DNA from: Alphaproteobacteria bacterium
Lineage (GTDB): Bacteria > Pseudomonadota > Alphaproteobacteria > JAAXGF01
Length of the DNA: 64,000 nt
Direction: 5' to 3'
Assembly (NCBI GenBank): GCA_963555825.3
Contig: CAUVXB020000002.1
Span: 1,728,001-1,792,000 of the forward strand
The notes beneath the pieces are model-generated. The model did no database searches. It was given only the letters and a program-made list of their open reading frames with translations, and was not told where the DNA came from. Shown here piece after piece: positions 22,182 to 31,987 of the stretch. Position 1 is the first letter of the stretch; every line of letters starts with the position of its first letter. Made by a program: the position numbers and the translations under genes.

Positions 22182-23138
22182 ATGACTGAATTCAACCAGC
22201 CCGACATCGGGCCCTACCGCCAGCGCTTTTCGCAGATCTCGACCATGATGCGCCTGCCGCATGTCGAAGACGTCGCCGGGCTCGACATCGCCTTCGTCGG
22301 CGTGCCGTTCGACATGGGCGTCTTCTTCCGTCCCGGCGCGCGCGCCGGGCCATCGCAGATCCGCGAGATGTCGCGCATGCTGCGCAACGTGCATACGGCG
22401 AGCCACGTCGCGCCGTTCGAGATGTGCCAGGTCGCCGACGCGGGCGATGCGCCGGTCAACCCGATGAACGTCGAGGGCACGATCGCGCGCATCACCGAGC
22501 ACTATGCCGATATCGCCGCCAAGGGCGTCGTGCCGATCTCGATGGGCGGCGACCACACCATTCCGGTGCCGATCCTGCGCGGCCTGAAACAGGGCGGCGC
22601 GATCGACGCGCCGGTCGGCATGATCCACGTCGACGCCCACGCCGACGTGCTCCAGACCGGCGCCGCCTTCGACGGCTACGAGGTCAACCACGGCACCTTC
22701 GTGCGGCTCGCCATCGAGGAGGGCCTGGTCGACGCCGCGCGCACCGTGCAGATCGGCCTGCGCGGCACGCAGTATACGCCCGACGCCAACGACTTCGCGA
22801 AAGACGCCGGCTGCCGCATGATCTACCAGTACGAGTTCGACGAGATTGGCGTCGACGCGGTGATCGCCGAGATCCGCCGCGTCGTCGGCGACGGCCCGGT
22901 CTATTTCACCATCGACGTCGACGGGCTCGACCCGACCTGCTGCCCGGGCACCGGCCATCCCGAGCCGGGCGGCATCACCATGCGCGAGATGAACGCGATC
23001 ATGCGCGGCGTGCGCGGCATCGACATGATCGGCGGCGACGTCTGCGAGATCTCGCCGCCGCATGATGCGAGCGGCATGACCGCGCTTAACGCCGCTCATC
23101 TGCTGTTCGACATGCTGTGCCACGCGGCCGAGGCGCTA
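22182..23138 (+). CDS. Ureohydrolase (agmatinase family); its last ~10 codons are displaced to 27515-27547 by IS630
   Basis: GVPFD, RPGARAGP, GGDHT, DAHAD, NHGT, DVDGLDP and PGTG metal-binding motifs. Confidence 0.88.
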
Positions 23139-23888
23139 GTGTCCCGATTCCGAAGTTCGCATGATTTTCGCCTGCTGTTCAGCGATTTCGATTGTTCGGA
23201 GGCAGAAGCGCTGGATGGCGCCGAGGATGTCATCGGCGGATTTGGTCCATTTGAAGGGTTTGGGGTTCTGGTTTGTCGTGTCGATGTAGTCGAGGATGGT
23301 GCGCTCCAACTCCTTGGTGGAGCGATGGACGCCGCGCCTGATCTGCTTGTCGGTCAGCAGCCCGAACCAGCGCTCGACCTGGTTCAGCCAGGAGGCGCTG
23401 GTGGGTGTGAAATGGGCCTGCCAGCGCGGCCGTTTGGCGAACCAGTCGCGGATCGCCTTGGTCTTGTGGGTCCCGTAGTTGTCCATGACGATGTGGATGT
23501 CGAGATCAGCAGGGACGTTCGCCTCGACGAGGTCGAGGAATTTGCGGAACTCTCGGGCCCGATGGCGCGGGAAACATTTGCCGATGATCTCTCCCGTGGC
23601 GATGTCGAGGGCCGCGAAGAGAGAGGTCGTGCCGTGGCGCTTGTAGTCGTGGCTGCGCCGCTCCGCCTGCCCGGGGCGCATCGGCAAGAGGGGCTGGGAA
23701 CGGTCCAGGGCCTGGATCTGGCTCTTTTCGTCGACACAGAGAACCAGGGCACGATCCGGCGGCGCCAAATACAGACCGACGATGTCGCGGACCTTCTCCA
23801 CGAAGAAGGGATCGCTCGACAGCTTGAAGGTCTCCGAGCGATGCGGCTGCAAGCCGAAGGCCCGCCAGATGAGCTATAGCTGAATCTT

Positions 23889-25689
23889 GACGGGGCGGTA
23901 AAAAGTCGATTCCTCATGAGAGTCGGCTGGATTATAATTGTGCATGTTTACTTTACGCGACCGACGGACTGGGGAATTGTTTGATCGCTGGTCCGATTTC
24001 GGGGACAAACGTCGGCGCCTGATGGAGCAATCCTGGGCCGGGGTTTTTCGGAACCATCTGCTTGTCGAACTTCCGGTTGACGATCTTTGCCGTCACCTTG
24101 ATGAACGCATGGGCCGACCATCGAAGGATCTACACGTTGTCATCGGGGTCTTGCTTTTGCAGCAGCTGCACGATCTGAGCGATGCAGAGACCGTCGAGGC
24201 CCTGGCCTTCAATATGGCGTGGCACTATGCCTTGGACGTGCGCAGCGAAGCGGACAGCTATTTCTGTGAGAAAACCCTGCGCAACTATCGCCGTCTGTTT
24301 ATCGAACAAGGTCTCGATGAATTGCTGTTCCGGTGTTTGACGGATCGGCTGGTGCAGGGGTTCTCTGTCGATACCAGCCACCAACGCATGGATTCGACGG
24401 CCCTTCGTTCGGCAATGCGGGCGCTGACACGACTTGGTATCGTTGTTGAGAGCATCTCGAAGTTTGCCCGTGAGCTTGAGCGATATCATCCCGGTCTGCA
24501 CGAGCAGATCAGCAAGGAGGTGATCCGCCGCTATGTCGATCGCGAGGGTAATGGCGCGTTCGCGAATACGGCGCCGAGTGTTTCAAAACGGCGCCTCGGC
24601 GAAGCGGGTCAGTATCTCCTAGCCCTGGTGCTGCAATTCCGTGACACGGCGGCGGCAAAGCTTTTCAGTTTTGCGATCCTGGAGAGGGTTCTGCGCGATC
24701 AGTTCGAGATCGTTGATGATGAGTATGGCGATCGTGACGCAACGCGCGCCGCGATTCGAGATCCAAAGGATGTGCCGTGCGATACCGTCGGCAATCCGGC
24801 CGACCCGGACGCGAGCTACAACGCGCACAAGGGTCAAGGATACATGGCGCAGATCGTCGAAACCTATTGTGAAGATGTCAGTAACGAGGCGGTTGCCGCG
24901 ACACCGGACCTCATCACCCACGTGGAGGTCCACAAGATGACGGTGCATGACGGCCATCGCTTAGCCGATGCGCTGGATGATCTGAGCGAGCGCGCGCTGA
25001 CGCCGGCGGTGATGCTGGGTGATTCACATTACGGTTCCAGTGACAACATGGCTCTGACGCGCGAACAGAACATCAATCTCGTGGCGCCCGCACGACCGCC
25101 GAAAGGCGCCGTCTCGGGACGGTTGACGTTGGAGGATTTCACTCTCAACGAAGAAGGCTTGGTCTTGCGCTGTCCCAATAACGTCGAACCGGTTTCAGCC
25201 TCGCTCGCCAAAGCCAAGCTGCAGGCCCGTTTCGACCTCTCCATCTGCCAAAAATGTCCCGATATACTGCGATGTCCCGTGCAGGCGGCCAAGCGTGACG
25301 GCCAATTTTCCCGCTTTCAATATACCCCGGCCAGGGCTGCCAACCAAAAGCGCCGGCTTTATGAACAAAGCGATGCCTTCCGCGACGTCTACAGATGGCG
25401 GGCCGGCATAGAAGCGACCATGTCGCGATTAAAGTACCAGATGAACCTGGCTCACCTACGCATTCGCGGCATGCCGGCCATGCGCTACGTGGTCAATCTG
25501 CGTGCCCTCGGCCTCAATATCCGACGCTGCGCGGCAATCGCACCATAAAAAACGAAGCCAAGGAGAAGCCAAGGGTAGGTAATATCAGGTTTTATCCACC
25601 AGCAACGCGGAGACAGGCAAATATTCTTCACCGAACCGCAAAGACCTGTACAAGCACGCCATCGGCCAACAACTTTTTACCGCCCCGTC
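23889..25689 (+). mobile_element. IS1182/IS5-like element
   Basis: Perfect 18-bp IRs GACGGGGCGGTAAAAAGT. 7-bp TSD GAATCTT (23882-88, 25690-96). Confidence 0.92.
23944..25548 (+). CDS. DDE transposase (IS1182/IS5-like)
   Basis: GRPSK...LQQLHDLSD, RMDST, DPDASY..HKG.GY, GDSHYG and YRWRAGIEAT. Confidence 0.85.
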   Translation: MFTLRDRRTGELFDRWSDFGDKRRRLMEQSWAGVFRNHLLVELPVDDLCRHLDERMGRPSKDLHVVIGVLLLQQLHDLSDAETVEALAFNMAWHYALDVRSEADSYFCEKTLRNYRRLFIEQGLDELLFRCLTDRLVQGFSVDTSHQRMDSTALRSAMRALTRLGIVVESISKFARELERYHPGLHEQISKEVIRRYVDREGNGAFANTAPSVSKRRLGEAGQYLLALVLQFRDTAAAKLFSFAILERVLRDQFEIVDDEYGDRDATRAAIRDPKDVPCDTVGNPADPDASYNAHKGQGYMAQIVETYCEDVSNEAVAATPDLITHVEVHKMTVHDGHRLADALDDLSERALTPAVMLGDSHYGSSDNMALTREQNINLVAPARPPKGAVSGRLTLEDFTLNEEGLVLRCPNNVEPVSASLAKAKLQARFDLSICQKCPDILRCPVQAAKRDGQFSRFQYTPARAANQKRRLYEQSDAFRDVYRWRAGIEATMSRLKYQMNLAHLRIRGMPAMRYVVNLRALGLNIRRCAAIAP

Positions 25690-25768
25690 GAATCTTGGTG
25701 ATGGAGAATGAAGGCGGCGTATCCTGGCGTTGATGAAGACGCCAATTTTCCGAAGAAAGGGATACGCC

Positions 25769-27025
25769 ATGAAAGACGATACAGTTGTTGCGTTGCGCCA
25801 GCCAGAGTCATTTTCCGACGATCCGCTGACGGAGATATTGCGCGCCGGCGCCCGGCAGTTGCTTGGCCAGGCGATTGAAGCGGAAGTTGCCGCCCATATT
25901 GAAGCCCATGCCGATTTGACCGACGCTTCGGGCCGGCGCCGTATTGTCCGTCACGGGCACATGCCGGAACGCGAGGTTCAGACCGGGATCGGAGCTGTGA
26001 CGGTGAAGCGGCCAAGAGTGCGAGACCGAGATCCACAGGCCACGGGCGGGCGCATCCGTTTCACGTCATCGATCCTGCCGCCTTATCTCAGGCGCGCCAA
26101 GTCGGTCGAGGCGCTTCTGCCCTGGCTTTATCTGAAGGGCATCTCCAGCGGCGACTTTTCGGAGGCCCTGGCGGCGCTGCTGGGACCGGACGCGCCGGGC
26201 CTGACGGCCAGCACCATTGGCCGGCTGAAAGCGGTCTGGTGGGACGAATACGAAGCCTGGCAAAAGCGCGACCTTTCGGCTCGGCGCTACGTCTATTTTT
26301 GGGCCGACGGGGTCTACTTCTCGCCTCGCATGGACCATGACAAACAGTGTGTTCTGGTGATCATCGGCGCCGACGCCATGGGCAACAAGGACATCGTCGG
26401 CATGGTCGACGGTTATCGAGAGAGCGCGCAAAGCTGGAAGGAACTGCTGCTTGATCTCAAGCGCCGGGGCTTGGAGACCGGCCCCGAGTTGGCCGTCGGC
26501 GACGGCGCCTTGGGCTTCTGGAAGGCGCTACGCGAGGTTTACGGAGAGACCAGGGTGCAGCGTTGCTGGGTCCACAAGACCGCCAACGTGCTCAACCAGA
26601 TGCCCAAATCCCTGCAGGCCAAAGCCAAGGGCCATCTGCACGACATCTGGATGGCCGAGACTAGGGCCGACGCCGAAGCCGCCTTCGACTTCTTCATCGC
26701 AGCCTACGGCGCAAAATACCACAAGGCCGCAGAGCGCCTGGTCAAGGACCGTGAACGCCTGCTGAGCTTCTACGACTTCCCGGCCGAGCACTGGAAGCAC
26801 ATCCGCACCACCAACCCCATCGAAAGCACCTTCGCCACGGTGCGCCTGAGGACCGTGAAGACCAAGGGGTGCCTGAGCCGCAAGACGGCGCTCGCCATGG
26901 CCTTCAAACTGATCTTGAGTGCCAGGCGGAAATGGCGGAAGCTGGACGGATCAAATCAACTCGCCGAACTCGTCGAAGGAGTGCCGTTCAAGGACGGAAT
27001 CAAGATAACCAAACACGCCGCCTGA
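25769..27025 (+). CDS. IS256-family transposase
   Basis: LYLKGISSGDF, WADGVY, VGDGALGFW, QRCWVHK and RTTNPIES. Confidence 0.93.
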   Translation: MKDDTVVALRQPESFSDDPLTEILRAGARQLLGQAIEAEVAAHIEAHADLTDASGRRRIVRHGHMPEREVQTGIGAVTVKRPRVRDRDPQATGGRIRFTSSILPPYLRRAKSVEALLPWLYLKGISSGDFSEALAALLGPDAPGLTASTIGRLKAVWWDEYEAWQKRDLSARRYVYFWADGVYFSPRMDHDKQCVLVIIGADAMGNKDIVGMVDGYRESAQSWKELLLDLKRRGLETGPELAVGDGALGFWKALREVYGETRVQRCWVHKTANVLNQMPKSLQAKAKGHLHDIWMAETRADAEAAFDFFIAAYGAKYHKAAERLVKDRERLLSFYDFPAEHWKHIRTTNPIESTFATVRLRTVKTKGCLSRKTALAMAFKLILSARRKWRKLDGSNQLAELVEGVPFKDGIKITKHAA

Positions 27026-27543
27026 TAGCTCCGTCACCAACTTTCGGACATAGCTCCCGCCAGATGCGATGAATGGTCGAGGGCGCGTGGCCGCTCGCCC
27101 GCGCCATCGAGCGAAGGCTCCAATGGGTCGCGTCCGGCGGCGTCTCTTCCAGCGTCAGCCGGACCGCTTCCGCGATGGCGTCATCGCCGATTTGACGCGG
27201 CGCGCCGGGGCGGGGTTCGTCGTACAGACCGTCGAGGCCCTCCGCCGCATAGCGGCGACGCCACTTGCCCACGGTGTCCGCGCTCGCCTCGAGACGAACG
27301 GCGATCTCCTTGTTCTCCAACCCTTCCGCCGCCGCCAAGACGATCCGAGCCCGCCGCGCAAGCCCCTGCGACGTCTTGCGACGACGAGACAGCGCCTCCA
27401 ATTCGGCGCGCTCGTCATCGCTCAAAGAGATCGTCACCGCCACTCTCGCCATCAATCGCGCCTCCTAAAAACAAATAGAGACATAATCATATCAATTTAT
27501 CGATCAGGACACTAGTCCGCCGCCGAAAGGAGCGGGCGACGCC

Positions 27544-28548
27544 ATGACGATTACCCTGAGCCTCGCCGAGGTCGACACGCTGACGATGCGCGCGCTGACC
27601 GCGTGCAACACGCGCGAGGACAACGCGCGCTCGGTCACCGACTCGGTCGTCGCGTCCGAGGCCGACGGCATCCACAGCCACGGCCTGGCGCGCCTGCCGA
27701 CCTATTGCGCGCACGCCAGATGCGGCAAGATCGACGGCCAGGCGACGCCGCGTTGCGAACGTTCCGGCCCTGCCGCGCTCATGGTCGACGTCTGCGACGG
27801 CTTCGCCCATCCCGCCATCGAACTGGGCTTCGCCGATCTGGTGCCGCTCGCCAAGGAGACCGGCGTCGCCGCCATGGCGGTAACCAACTCGTACAACTGC
27901 GGCGTCGTCGGCTATCACGTCGAACGCCTCGCGAGCGACGGCCTGGTCGCGCTCGGTTACGTCAACGCGCCGGCCTCGATCGCGCCCTGGGGCGGCGCGA
28001 AACCGGTCTTCGGCACCAATCCGATCGCCTTCGCGGCGCCGCGCGGGGCGGGCCCGCCCTTGGTGATAGACCAATCGTCGAGCGTGGTGGCCAGGAGCGA
28101 GGTCATCGGCCACGCCCAGAACGGCGAGCCGATCCCCGAGGGCTGGGCGCTCGACGCGCACGGCCAGCCGACGACCGACGCATCCGCGGCGCTCGCCGGC
28201 TCGATGGTGCCGCTGGGCGGCTACAAGGGCGCCGGGCTGGCGCTGATCATGGAGGTCATGGCGGCGGCGATGACCGGCGCGAACTTCGCCTATCAGGCGT
28301 CGTCGTTCGCCGACAACGAGGGCGGCTCGCCGCGCACCGGGCAGTTCTTCATCGCGCTCGATCCCGGCCGCTTCGCCGGCCCCGGCTTCGGCGCCCGGCT
28401 CGACGAGCTGCTCACGCGAATGACCGCCGAGCCGGGCACCAGACTGCCCGGGGCGCGTCGCGTCGCCGCGCGCGAGCGCACGGCGCGGGACGGCGTCACG
28501 ATCAGAAAAACGTTGCATGACAAACTGTTAGCCTACGCCGAGGGCTGA
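27544..28548 (+). CDS. Ldh_2-family NAD(P)H oxidoreductase (DpkA/ComC/AllD-like)
   Basis: DGIHSHG, FGTNPIAFA, IPEGWALD..G.PTTD and GGYKG. Confidence 0.88.
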   Translation: MTITLSLAEVDTLTMRALTACNTREDNARSVTDSVVASEADGIHSHGLARLPTYCAHARCGKIDGQATPRCERSGPAALMVDVCDGFAHPAIELGFADLVPLAKETGVAAMAVTNSYNCGVVGYHVERLASDGLVALGYVNAPASIAPWGGAKPVFGTNPIAFAAPRGAGPPLVIDQSSSVVARSEVIGHAQNGEPIPEGWALDAHGQPTTDASAALAGSMVPLGGYKGAGLALIMEVMAAAMTGANFAYQASSFADNEGGSPRTGQFFIALDPGRFAGPGFGARLDELLTRMTAEPGTRLPGARRVAARERTARDGVTIRKTLHDKLLAYAEG

Positions 28549-28559
28549 TCGGACCGGTA

Positions 28560-29721
28560 ATACCAACGGCGCAAAATTCTGACTCGCAAGGGATTCCCTT
28601 TTTGGGCTGGATGTGATTCAAGGCTGGCGAAGGAGATTCGCCATGTCAGTATGCATTGCTCTTCGGGACGACTACGACAGCATTGAGCTCCGGTGTTTGG
28701 CCAAGCACAGTCGCGATCCCCGCCAAGTTCGCCGGCTTTTGGCCTTGGCGGCGGTTTACGACGGCATGAGCCGAGCGGAAGCCGCTAAGGTCGGCGGCAT
28801 GGATCGCCAGACGCTGAGAGACTGGGCGCACCGCTTCAACGATGAAGGGGCAGACGGCTTGAAGAACCGTCCCGGTGCGGGCCGCCCCCGGCTCTTGACC
28901 GACGAGCAGATGGGCGAACTGTCGGTGATCGTCGAAACGGGCCCCGATCCAGAGATTGACGGTGTGGTTCGCTGGCGGCGGGTTGACCTGAAACGGGTGA
29001 TCGAAGAACGCTTTGGCGTGATCTATAGCGAGCGGGCGATCTCCGACCTTCTCGTCGCGCTGTCCTTCTCCCACATCAGCGCCCGGCCGCAGCACCCCAA
29101 GCAGGACCAGCGGGTGATCGAGGCGTTCAAAAAAACTTCCCCCGCACGCTCGCTGCCCACCTAGCCGGTCTGCCCAAGACCAAGCGGGTCGAGATCTGGT
29201 TCCAAGACGAGGCCAGGCTGGGACAGAAGAACGGGCGTGTGCGCATTTGGGCGAAGAAGGGAACAAGGCCACGCCTGCCCGCCGATCAGCGCTACACGAA
29301 CGCCTACCTCTTTGGCGCAATCTGTCCCATGGGAGCCAAGGGTGCCGCTCTCATGCTCCCCTTCGCCAACACAGCCGCCATGCAGATGCATCTCGACGAG
29401 ATCAGCTGCAACGTCGCCGCCAAGGCCCATGGCGTCGTCCTGATGGACCGCGCCGGGTGGCACAGCACCGACCAGCTCAAGGTCCCCAAGAACCTCACCA
29501 TCATCCTGCTGCCATCGCGCTCGCCCGAGCTGAACCCGGTCGAGAACATCTGGCAATACCTCCGCCAGAATTGGCTCTCTAACCGCGTCTTCGAAGATTA
29601 CGACGCCATCATCGAGGCCGGTTGCCAAGCCTGGAACAAACTAATCGACCAGCCCGAGACGATCATGTCCATCGGAATGAGAGATTGGGCGATTTCAGGT
29701 CAATAATTAGTGCCGTTGGTA
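28560..29721 (+). mobile_element. IS630-family element, complete (OrfA 28643-29164, OrfB to 29706)
   Basis: TA duplication, IRs ATACCAACGGC / GCCGTTGGTA, A8 slippery run at 29129-29136, and WFQDEAR, DRAGWH, SPELNPVE motifs. Confidence 0.94.
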
Positions 29722-29832
29722 TAAGTTCGCGACATATCACCCGTTCGGATGATGACGGCTGCCGTGAGCCGCCCGATAATGGCCCGAGATTCAGCGTGGC
29801 GAAGGGCGCAACGCGGGCACGAGGGCTTGGCG

Positions 29833-30036
29833 ATGGATCAGACGGTCACGAAGATCAATCCGGCGCGGCGCTTGGCGCTGCACCCCGGCACCGGCGCGAG
29901 CAACATGATCCCGGACGATGTCTGGGCGGTCTTCGCGCGCTTCATGCTCGACCGCAAGACCGGCAACATCAAGCTCAACATCAAGGACGGCCGAATCCTC
30001 GGCTACCACGTCGAGGAAATCTGCAAGGTCAGATAA
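29833..30036 (+). CDS. Small protein (67 aa), DUF2292/YezD-like
   Basis: Good codon usage, RBS GAGGG and a TGNIKLNIKDGRILGYHVEE beta-hairpin pattern. Confidence 0.55.
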   Translation: MDQTVTKINPARRLALHPGTGASNMIPDDVWAVFARFMLDRKTGNIKLNIKDGRILGYHVEEICKVR

Positions 30037-30062
30037 CAGAAACGGACACGCGACGACGCGAG

Positions 30063-30088
30063 GCCCCGCTCCCCCGAGCGGGGCTTTT
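30063..30088 (+). terminator. Intrinsic terminator
   Basis: GCCCCGCTC-CCCC-GAGCGGGGC-TTTT. Confidence 0.8.
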
Positions 30089-30109
30089 CGATGCGGGCGG
30101 CATGACAAG

Positions 30110-30137
30110 AAAAGAGCGACCCCCGAAGGGGCCGCTC
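30110..30137 (-). terminator. Intrinsic terminator of the 469-aa gene
   Basis: rc GAGCGGCCCC-TTCG-GGGGTCGCTC-TTTT. Confidence 0.75.
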
Positions 30138-30170
30138 AGGGTCTCGAATTGTTACCCGACGTCTGCGTGA

Positions 30171-31580
30171 TTACAACGTTTCGTCATGGTCCGGATTGTC
30201 CTGCAGAGGCAGGGGATAGAACCGAACCTGGGCGTTGAACAGCTTGTCGGTATCGACGCCGAGCAGCAGGTTGACGAACTCCGACAGGTGGAAGATGAAC
30301 ACCGGGTCGTTGGTGAAGTCGCGGCACTCGGGCAGCTTCTCGCACAGCTCGGCGTCCGCTCCCGACAACGTATCGCCGACAGTGATCGTCTTGCAGGTCT
30401 CGGCGGTCTCGCAGATGCCGTCGCCGTCGTTATCGTCATCCTCCGCCGTCAGGTCCTCGACCTCGACCGAGAAGGAGACGCCCTCGACCAACGCCGGGCA
30501 GACGAATGCGGTATCGTCGTCGTTGATCTCACTCTTCTGGCAGAACGCGTAGCCGGTCGCGGTGGGAGTATCGTCGTCTGGGCAATCGTCGACCGCGACG
30601 ACCGTGCCGCCATCGTTGGTCGCACCCGCGCAGCACACGACGCGGTCGATCGGGGTGATGTCATCGGTCCCGTCGTTGTTGGTGTCGCCCGATGTGAAGT
30701 CAGCGCAGATGTTCTCGCAGGTCTCACCGCCGTCGCAGATGCCGTCCTCGTTGCCGTCGACGCCAGCCACCTCCTTGATGCAGAACAGGTCGATGTCGGC
30801 GTCGTTGATGAAGCAGATGCGGCCGTCGAAGTTGAACAGGTCCGAAATGTCGGTCGCCTTCTTGGCACCCTTGCCCGGCTTCGTCGTATCGAAGCGGTTG
30901 GCCGGCAGGCCCGCCGAGTCGAAGGTGCCTTCGCTGGTCAACAGTCCTAGCAGAACGAGGTCGTTGCCGAACTCATCCTCGACCAATTGGATGCCGCCCT
31001 CATCGACGAAGAAGTCTATGTCCGGTCCGCCGCCGTCGGCCGGCTTGCCGAGGACGCGCAGGAAGACCGCGTAGCCTTCGGAGTCCTTGGGCAGCAGGAC
31101 CTCGGCCGGGTCGCCGTCGCCGGTTCCGGGAAAGTCCGGAAACGCTTCGGCGCACCAGTCGGTGACCTGGAGCTCGGTCGCGCCGGGATTCTTCTTCGGC
31201 CCGCCGCGCCCGGACTGGATCAGGATCGAGACCGGCGCGTCGTTGTTAGTGGTATCGCGCTGGAAGTTGACCACGTTGCCGAAGAATTCGATGGTGGTCG
31301 CCTCGCAGGCATCGAGTTCCGGACAGGACTTCACGAGATCGCCGACCGTGTGAGAACCGTCAATGTCCGTGGTGATACGTTCGAAGAACTGCGGCGCCGG
31401 ACAGGCGAAATCGTCCTTCTTGCCGTGCAGGATGAGGTTGAAATGCGGGCCGCTCGGAAACCCGTTGCCGAGGTATTCCAAGACACCGTCGTTGTTCTTG
31501 ATTGGCTTGCCCGCGTTGCTGGTGCCGGCCCAAAGCGCCGTCGCGGTCACGAGCATCGCCGTGAGAAAGAATCTCTTCAA
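30171..31580 (-). CDS. Exported Cys- and Asp-rich hypothetical protein (469 aa)
   Basis: TTG start after AGGAGG, signal peptide MKRFFLTAMLV...SNA, many Cys and two DG(I)C..ETC motifs. Confidence 0.75.
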   Translation of the reverse strand: MKRFFLTAMLVTATALWAGTSNAGKPIKNNDGVLEYLGNGFPSGPHFNLILHGKKDDFACPAPQFFERITTDIDGSHTVGDLVKSCPELDACEATTIEFFGNVVNFQRDTTNNDAPVSILIQSGRGGPKKNPGATELQVTDWCAEAFPDFPGTGDGDPAEVLLPKDSEGYAVFLRVLGKPADGGGPDIDFFVDEGGIQLVEDEFGNDLVLLGLLTSEGTFDSAGLPANRFDTTKPGKGAKKATDISDLFNFDGRICFINDADIDLFCIKEVAGVDGNEDGICDGGETCENICADFTSGDTNNDGTDDITPIDRVVCCAGATNDGGTVVAVDDCPDDDTPTATGYAFCQKSEINDDDTAFVCPALVEGVSFSVEVEDLTAEDDDNDGDGICETAETCKTITVGDTLSGADAELCEKLPECRDFTNDPVFIFHLSEFVNLLLGVDTDKLFNAQVRFYPLPLQDNPDHDETL

Positions 31581-31789
31581 ATCGTGCCTCCTGTTGCGCG
31601 CGTCGTGTGGTTGCTGTTTTCTTGGTTGTTACGCCAACCTTGCATTCCCCAAACACGCGACACGCCGCTAGTGTCGCATAAATTCGTGGCAGTCTCCCGA
31701 CCAAACTCGGGGTTTTTCCCTGCCCGGCCAATCGGTTCCGGGGCGGGACCCAATGTTCGGTCGTGGCGCGGCCCACGTCACCGCCGAAT

Positions 31790-31889
31790 CAAAAAGAGCC
31801 CCGTTCCGAAGAACGAGGCTCGGTATATCCGATAACCTATTCGGTCATTTCAACAAACGAGCCTCCCAGACGTGATAGCCGAAGCTCAT
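31790..31889 (-). promoter_or_regulatory. Leader: 14-codon uORF (MSFGYHVWEARLLK), small hairpin and terminator
   Basis: ATG 31889 to TGA 31845, TCGG-ATATA-CCGA, then GAGCCTCGTTC-TTCG-GAACGGGGCTC-TTTTT. Confidence 0.55.
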
Positions 31890-31987
31890 TCTTTGTTGTA
31901 GATATCTGTCTCACAAAGCGGCCGTTTCGTCAAGGTAAACCGGCCTCGGCGAGCCTCGAAATAGGGCGGTGGCCGCCGGCAGCGGCG

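Larger units (their letters stand above)
23871..27056 (+). mobile_element. IS256-family element with an insertion in its left IR
   Basis: 9-bp TSD CCGCCAGAT (23862-70, 27057-65). Reconstructed IRL GAGCTATAGCTGAATCTTGGTGATGGAG matches IRR (rc) GAGCTATGTCCGAAAGTTGGTGACGGAG. Confidence 0.92.
23139..27512 (-). mobile_element. IS630-family element (CTAG target) containing nested IS256 and IS1182-like elements
   Basis: CTAGTGTCC...GGACACTAG ends. Transposase halves at 27057-27455 and 23136-23870 rejoin as IHRIWR|[24 protein letters not shown] and SWLNQVE motifs. Confidence 0.92.

Noticed and set aside
22182-23879. 565-aa ureohydrolase with a novel C-terminal domain
   Set aside because: The extension is read-through along the antisense strand of the inserted IS630.
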